A DNA stretch of 13,762 nt, taken from positions 1-13,762 of the forward strand of contig JBGCDR010000276.1 in assembly GCA_045105515.1 (NCBI GenBank), in the 5' to 3' direction. The notes below the pieces were generated by a model, which saw nothing but the letters and a program-made list of their open reading frames with translations, made no database searches and was not told where the DNA came from. The position numbers were made by a program, and so were the translations under genes. Positions 7,892 to 13,762 of the stretch are shown piece by piece (within the stretch, counting starts at the first letter, position 1; every line of letters starts with the position of its first letter). Origin of the DNA: Oligoflexales bacterium (GTDB lineage: Bacteria; Bdellovibrionota_B; Oligoflexia; Oligoflexales; Bog-1112).

Positions 7892-7919
7892 AATCTACCA
7901 TATGAGTAAACATTGTCAA
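7892..7919 (-). promoter_or_regulatory. Sigma70 promoter of tRNA-Leu
   Basis: Minus strand TTGACA (7919..7914), 16-nt spacer ending TGG, TAGATT (7897..7892), then GC-rich discriminator CCCCATTCGGCC leading to the tRNA 5' end. Confidence 0.75.
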
Positions 7920-8027
7920 GCTAGATTCGTGAATCCAATATAATTTTATTCTAGCATTCCTAGCCATTCGTTGATTAGAAAGCATTCTGCTGGTATTACT
8001 GATTGATTACAACAACGGGAGGTTTAG

Positions 8028-9503
8028 ATGGATTTAGCCGAGATGAAAAGCTTGTTCATAAATGGAAAGTATACAAATGGACGATCCACATCAGGTTTTA
8101 AGAACCTAAATCCGGCTACTGGAGAGCTCATTCAAACCATACACGAAGCCTCTGTTCAGGACATAGAAGACGCTGTTGAGTCTGCAGAGGAAGGTTTTAA
8201 AACTTGGTCAAATATGAGCGGTGCCCAGCGTGGTCGCATCATGATGAAAGCCGTCAATATTCTACGAGAGCGCAATAACGAAATCGCTCAACTAGAAGTA
8301 TTAGACACTGGCAAATCGATTCAGGAAGCTGCTGTAGTAGATATCCATTCGGGAGCAGACGCAATCGAGTACTACGCCGGTCTAGCATCCAGTATTCATG
8401 GTGAACATATCCAATTGGAAAACAATTTTGCTTATACGCGTCGTGAACCTTTGGGGATATGTGCAGGACTTGGTGCCTGGAACTACCCAATACAAATCGC
8501 TTGTTGGAAGTCTGCACCTGCACTTGCATGTGGCAATTCAATGATTTTCAAACCGGCTGAATTAAGCCCAATAACAGCTTTGATCCTAGCTGAAGTTTAC
8601 CATGACGCAGGCCTTCCTAATGGCGTTTTTAATGTCATTCAAGGTGATGCAAAGGTTGGACAAGCGCTCACAAAACATCCGAAAATTGCCAAAGTATCTC
8701 TAACCGGTGAGGTCAGCACAGGAAAAAAAGTAATGGCTGATGCTGCTCAAACTCTCAAACATGTCACCATGGAGTTGGGAGGGAAGTCTCCTCTCATCAT
8801 TTTTGACGATGTGGACCTAGACAATGCTGTCACCGGAGCACTATATGCCAATTTCTACAATCAGGGTGAAGTTTGTTCAAATGGAACAAGGGTTTTTGTT
8901 CATAAATCAATAGAAAAAGAATTCTTAACAAAACTTATTAAGAGGGTACGGAACATTAAGGTGGGTGACCCCATGAATCCGCAGACCCATATGGGAGCTT
9001 TGATTAATAGGGAACACTTGCAAAAAGTATTGTCATATATTGAACTCGGGAAAAAGGAAGGGGCAAAGCTTGAAGTGGGAGGTACTACTAAACCAGAAAT
9101 CACCAAAGATCCTAAATTTGTAAATGGAAACTTTGTGAACCCTACGGTTTTCTCCGCTTGTCATGACGAAATGAGAATTGTAAAAGAAGAAATTTTTGGT
9201 CCAGTCATGTCAGTGCTCAGCTTTGAACAAGAAAAGGAAGTGGTTGATCGAGCAAACAATACAGACTACGGACTTGCTGCAGGAGTTTTTACAAATAATT
9301 TGCAACAGGCACATAGAGTAATTGCCCAACTAGAAGCTGGATCTTGCTGGATAAATACTTTCAATGCTTCTCCCATTGAGATACCTTTTGGGGGCTATAA
9401 AAACTCAGGAATTGGCAGAGAAAATGGCCTAACTACCATTAACCACTACACACAGTTAAAATCTGTCTTTGTCGAACTTGGAAAACTAGAATGCCCTTAC
9501 TAG
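8028..9503 (+). CDS. betB: Betaine aldehyde dehydrogenase-like NAD(P)-dependent aldehyde dehydrogenase
   Basis: GGAGG SD at 8018..8022; [41 protein letters not shown] as in proteobacterial BetB; catalytic Glu in MELGGKSP and Cys in [22 protein letters not shown]. Confidence 0.85.
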   Translation: MDLAEMKSLFINGKYTNGRSTSGFKNLNPATGELIQTIHEASVQDIEDAVESAEEGFKTWSNMSGAQRGRIMMKAVNILRERNNEIAQLEVLDTGKSIQEAAVVDIHSGADAIEYYAGLASSIHGEHIQLENNFAYTRREPLGICAGLGAWNYPIQIACWKSAPALACGNSMIFKPAELSPITALILAEVYHDAGLPNGVFNVIQGDAKVGQALTKHPKIAKVSLTGEVSTGKKVMADAAQTLKHVTMELGGKSPLIIFDDVDLDNAVTGALYANFYNQGEVCSNGTRVFVHKSIEKEFLTKLIKRVRNIKVGDPMNPQTHMGALINREHLQKVLSYIELGKKEGAKLEVGGTTKPEITKDPKFVNGNFVNPTVFSACHDEMRIVKEEIFGPVMSVLSFEQEKEVVDRANNTDYGLAAGVFTNNLQQAHRVIAQLEAGSCWINTFNASPIEIPFGGYKNSGIGRENGLTTINHYTQLKSVFVELGKLECPY

Positions 9504-9625
9504 GTTTGATTGTTATGTGGTTTATGGATCTCTTTCCCAAAAAAATTGTACTTTTATCTATTGTCTCAGCAGCTAATAAATTGCTGTGGGATTAATCGAC
9601 TTTGTATAAGTTTAAGGTTACGTTA

Positions 9626-9687
9626 ATTGCTAATGCTTAGAAGACACTAAGCAAATGGATAGGGGGACCTATCCGTACACTAGCAAT
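9626..9687 (+). ncRNA. Putative structured cis-regulatory RNA (three-way junction) in the fadBA leader
   Basis: P1 ATTGCTA 9626-9632 / TAGCAAT 9681-9687; P2 TGCTTAG-aagaca-CTAAGCA 9634-9653; P3 ATGGATAGG-ggga-CCTATCCGT 9655-9676; ends 8 nt before the SD TAAGGAG. Confidence 0.5.
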
Positions 9688-9709
9688 CACTTTTGTAAGG
9701 AGCTTCTCT

Positions 9710-13101
<3,392 letters not shown>

Positions 13102-13124
13102 TAAATACAAAACATCTACTCAAT

Positions 13125-13364
13125 TTAGCTGGCCGCTGCCTCATCAAGCTCAGGGTTTGGGTGGCCTGCACTTTCTCCTAAATCTTCCACTTTTTTATAA
13201 TCAATGCCAAGGAGCTTGAGAACTCTCTCAATAGTTTTGGGATCGTCGTACTCTAATCCATGGATCATTTCCTTCGGCAAATTCTTGTACAGAAAATTTT
13301 TAATTGTTTCTTCATTCATACCTTCACGGCAAGTCTTAATAATTTTGATAATTTTCACTGGCAA
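13125..13364 (-). CDS. Small hypothetical protein or 3' remnant of a decayed gene
   Basis: 79-aa ORF convergent with fadA; the distal part looks protein-like, but neither TTG 13364 nor ATG 13319 has a well-spaced SD; the frame is open upstream to a TAA at 13427..13425. Confidence 0.45.
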   Translation of the reverse strand: MPVKIIKIIKTCREGMNEETIKNFLYKNLPKEMIHGLEYDDPKTIERVLKLLGIDYKKVEDLGESAGHPNPELDEAAAS

Positions 13365-13488
13365 TACTCTCTTGTAGAAGGTTAATCGAAAGACGATACA
13401 AAAAGAGTTCTTATATTTCTCTCCTTACATTATAAACTCTTCCCCCCTCATCAAAGTAGGCTCCGTGTAGTGTTTTGCGAACATATTA

Positions 13489-13514
13489 GATGCAAGTAGC
13501 AAATTTCTTGCATC
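13489..13514. promoter_or_regulatory. Perfect 8-bp inverted repeat, possible operator or hairpin
   Basis: GATGCAAG-N10-CTTGCATC in non-coding DNA upstream of the small minus-strand ORF. Confidence 0.35.
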
Positions 13515-13762
13515 ATATTACTGAAAGTTTTGGGAATTAGATAATAGGATTATTAGGGGAAAATTTTGCCTGACACCAGACTGAGCTAATCAAATTTTCT
13601 ATCAGAAAGTTATTTTATCTTAACAAGTTAGGCCTTCGGCGAACATGTAACTTAAGCTCTCAGCTAAACTGTAAGTCCTATATCTGACAAAAATAATGTT
13701 TTGAAATCAAAAGATTAAGAGATTATACAGCCGCTGTTTTTTCTTCTCCATTATCATTTTGA

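Noticed and set aside
7767..7985. 72-aa minus-strand ORF
   Set aside because: It is a translation of the tRNA-Leu gene and its promoter (RVVELVDTQDLKSC is the typical tRNA-Leu shadow).
9564..9591. Hairpin TCTCAGCAG...TTGCTGTGGGA as a betB terminator
   Set aside because: Large loop, bulged stem and no following U-tract.
9626..9687. Three-way junction as a hammerhead ribozyme or purine riboswitch
   Set aside because: Junctions of 1, 1 and 4 nt lack the required conserved core nucleotides.
13497..13512. Sigma54-like TAGCA-N6-TTGCA
   Set aside because: The near-invariant GG of the -24 box is AG, and no gene follows on the + strand within the window.

Overview
Bacterial chromosomal window, moderately AT-rich by eye, with no mobile element, integrase or CRISPR array. 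Left to right: possible 5' end of a minus-strand gene at the window edge; an orphan secreted/membrane protein (-); a DedA/VTT (TVP38) membrane domain fused to an intact alpha/beta-hydrolase (-); a divergent secreted NlpC/P60 peptidase with a six-cysteine insert (+); efp-accB-accC (+); a 559-aa protein with a long Pro-rich repeat-containing linker (+); tRNA-Leu(TAA) (-) with a clear sigma70 stable-RNA-type promoter; a lone betaine aldehyde dehydrogenase-like gene betB (+); fadB-fadA beta-oxidation genes of the E. coli/Pseudomonas type (+); and a small, possibly decayed ORF (-). The best candidates for novelty are a compact three-way-junction RNA structure directly before the fadB ribosome-binding site, the DedA-lipase fusion, and the CxxCxxC...CxxCxxC insert next to the NlpC/P60 catalytic Cys. 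Gene content suggests a deltaproteobacterial/Bdellovibrionota-like host, but this is a weak impression only. All family calls come from motif recognition by eye; no searches or folding calculations were run.
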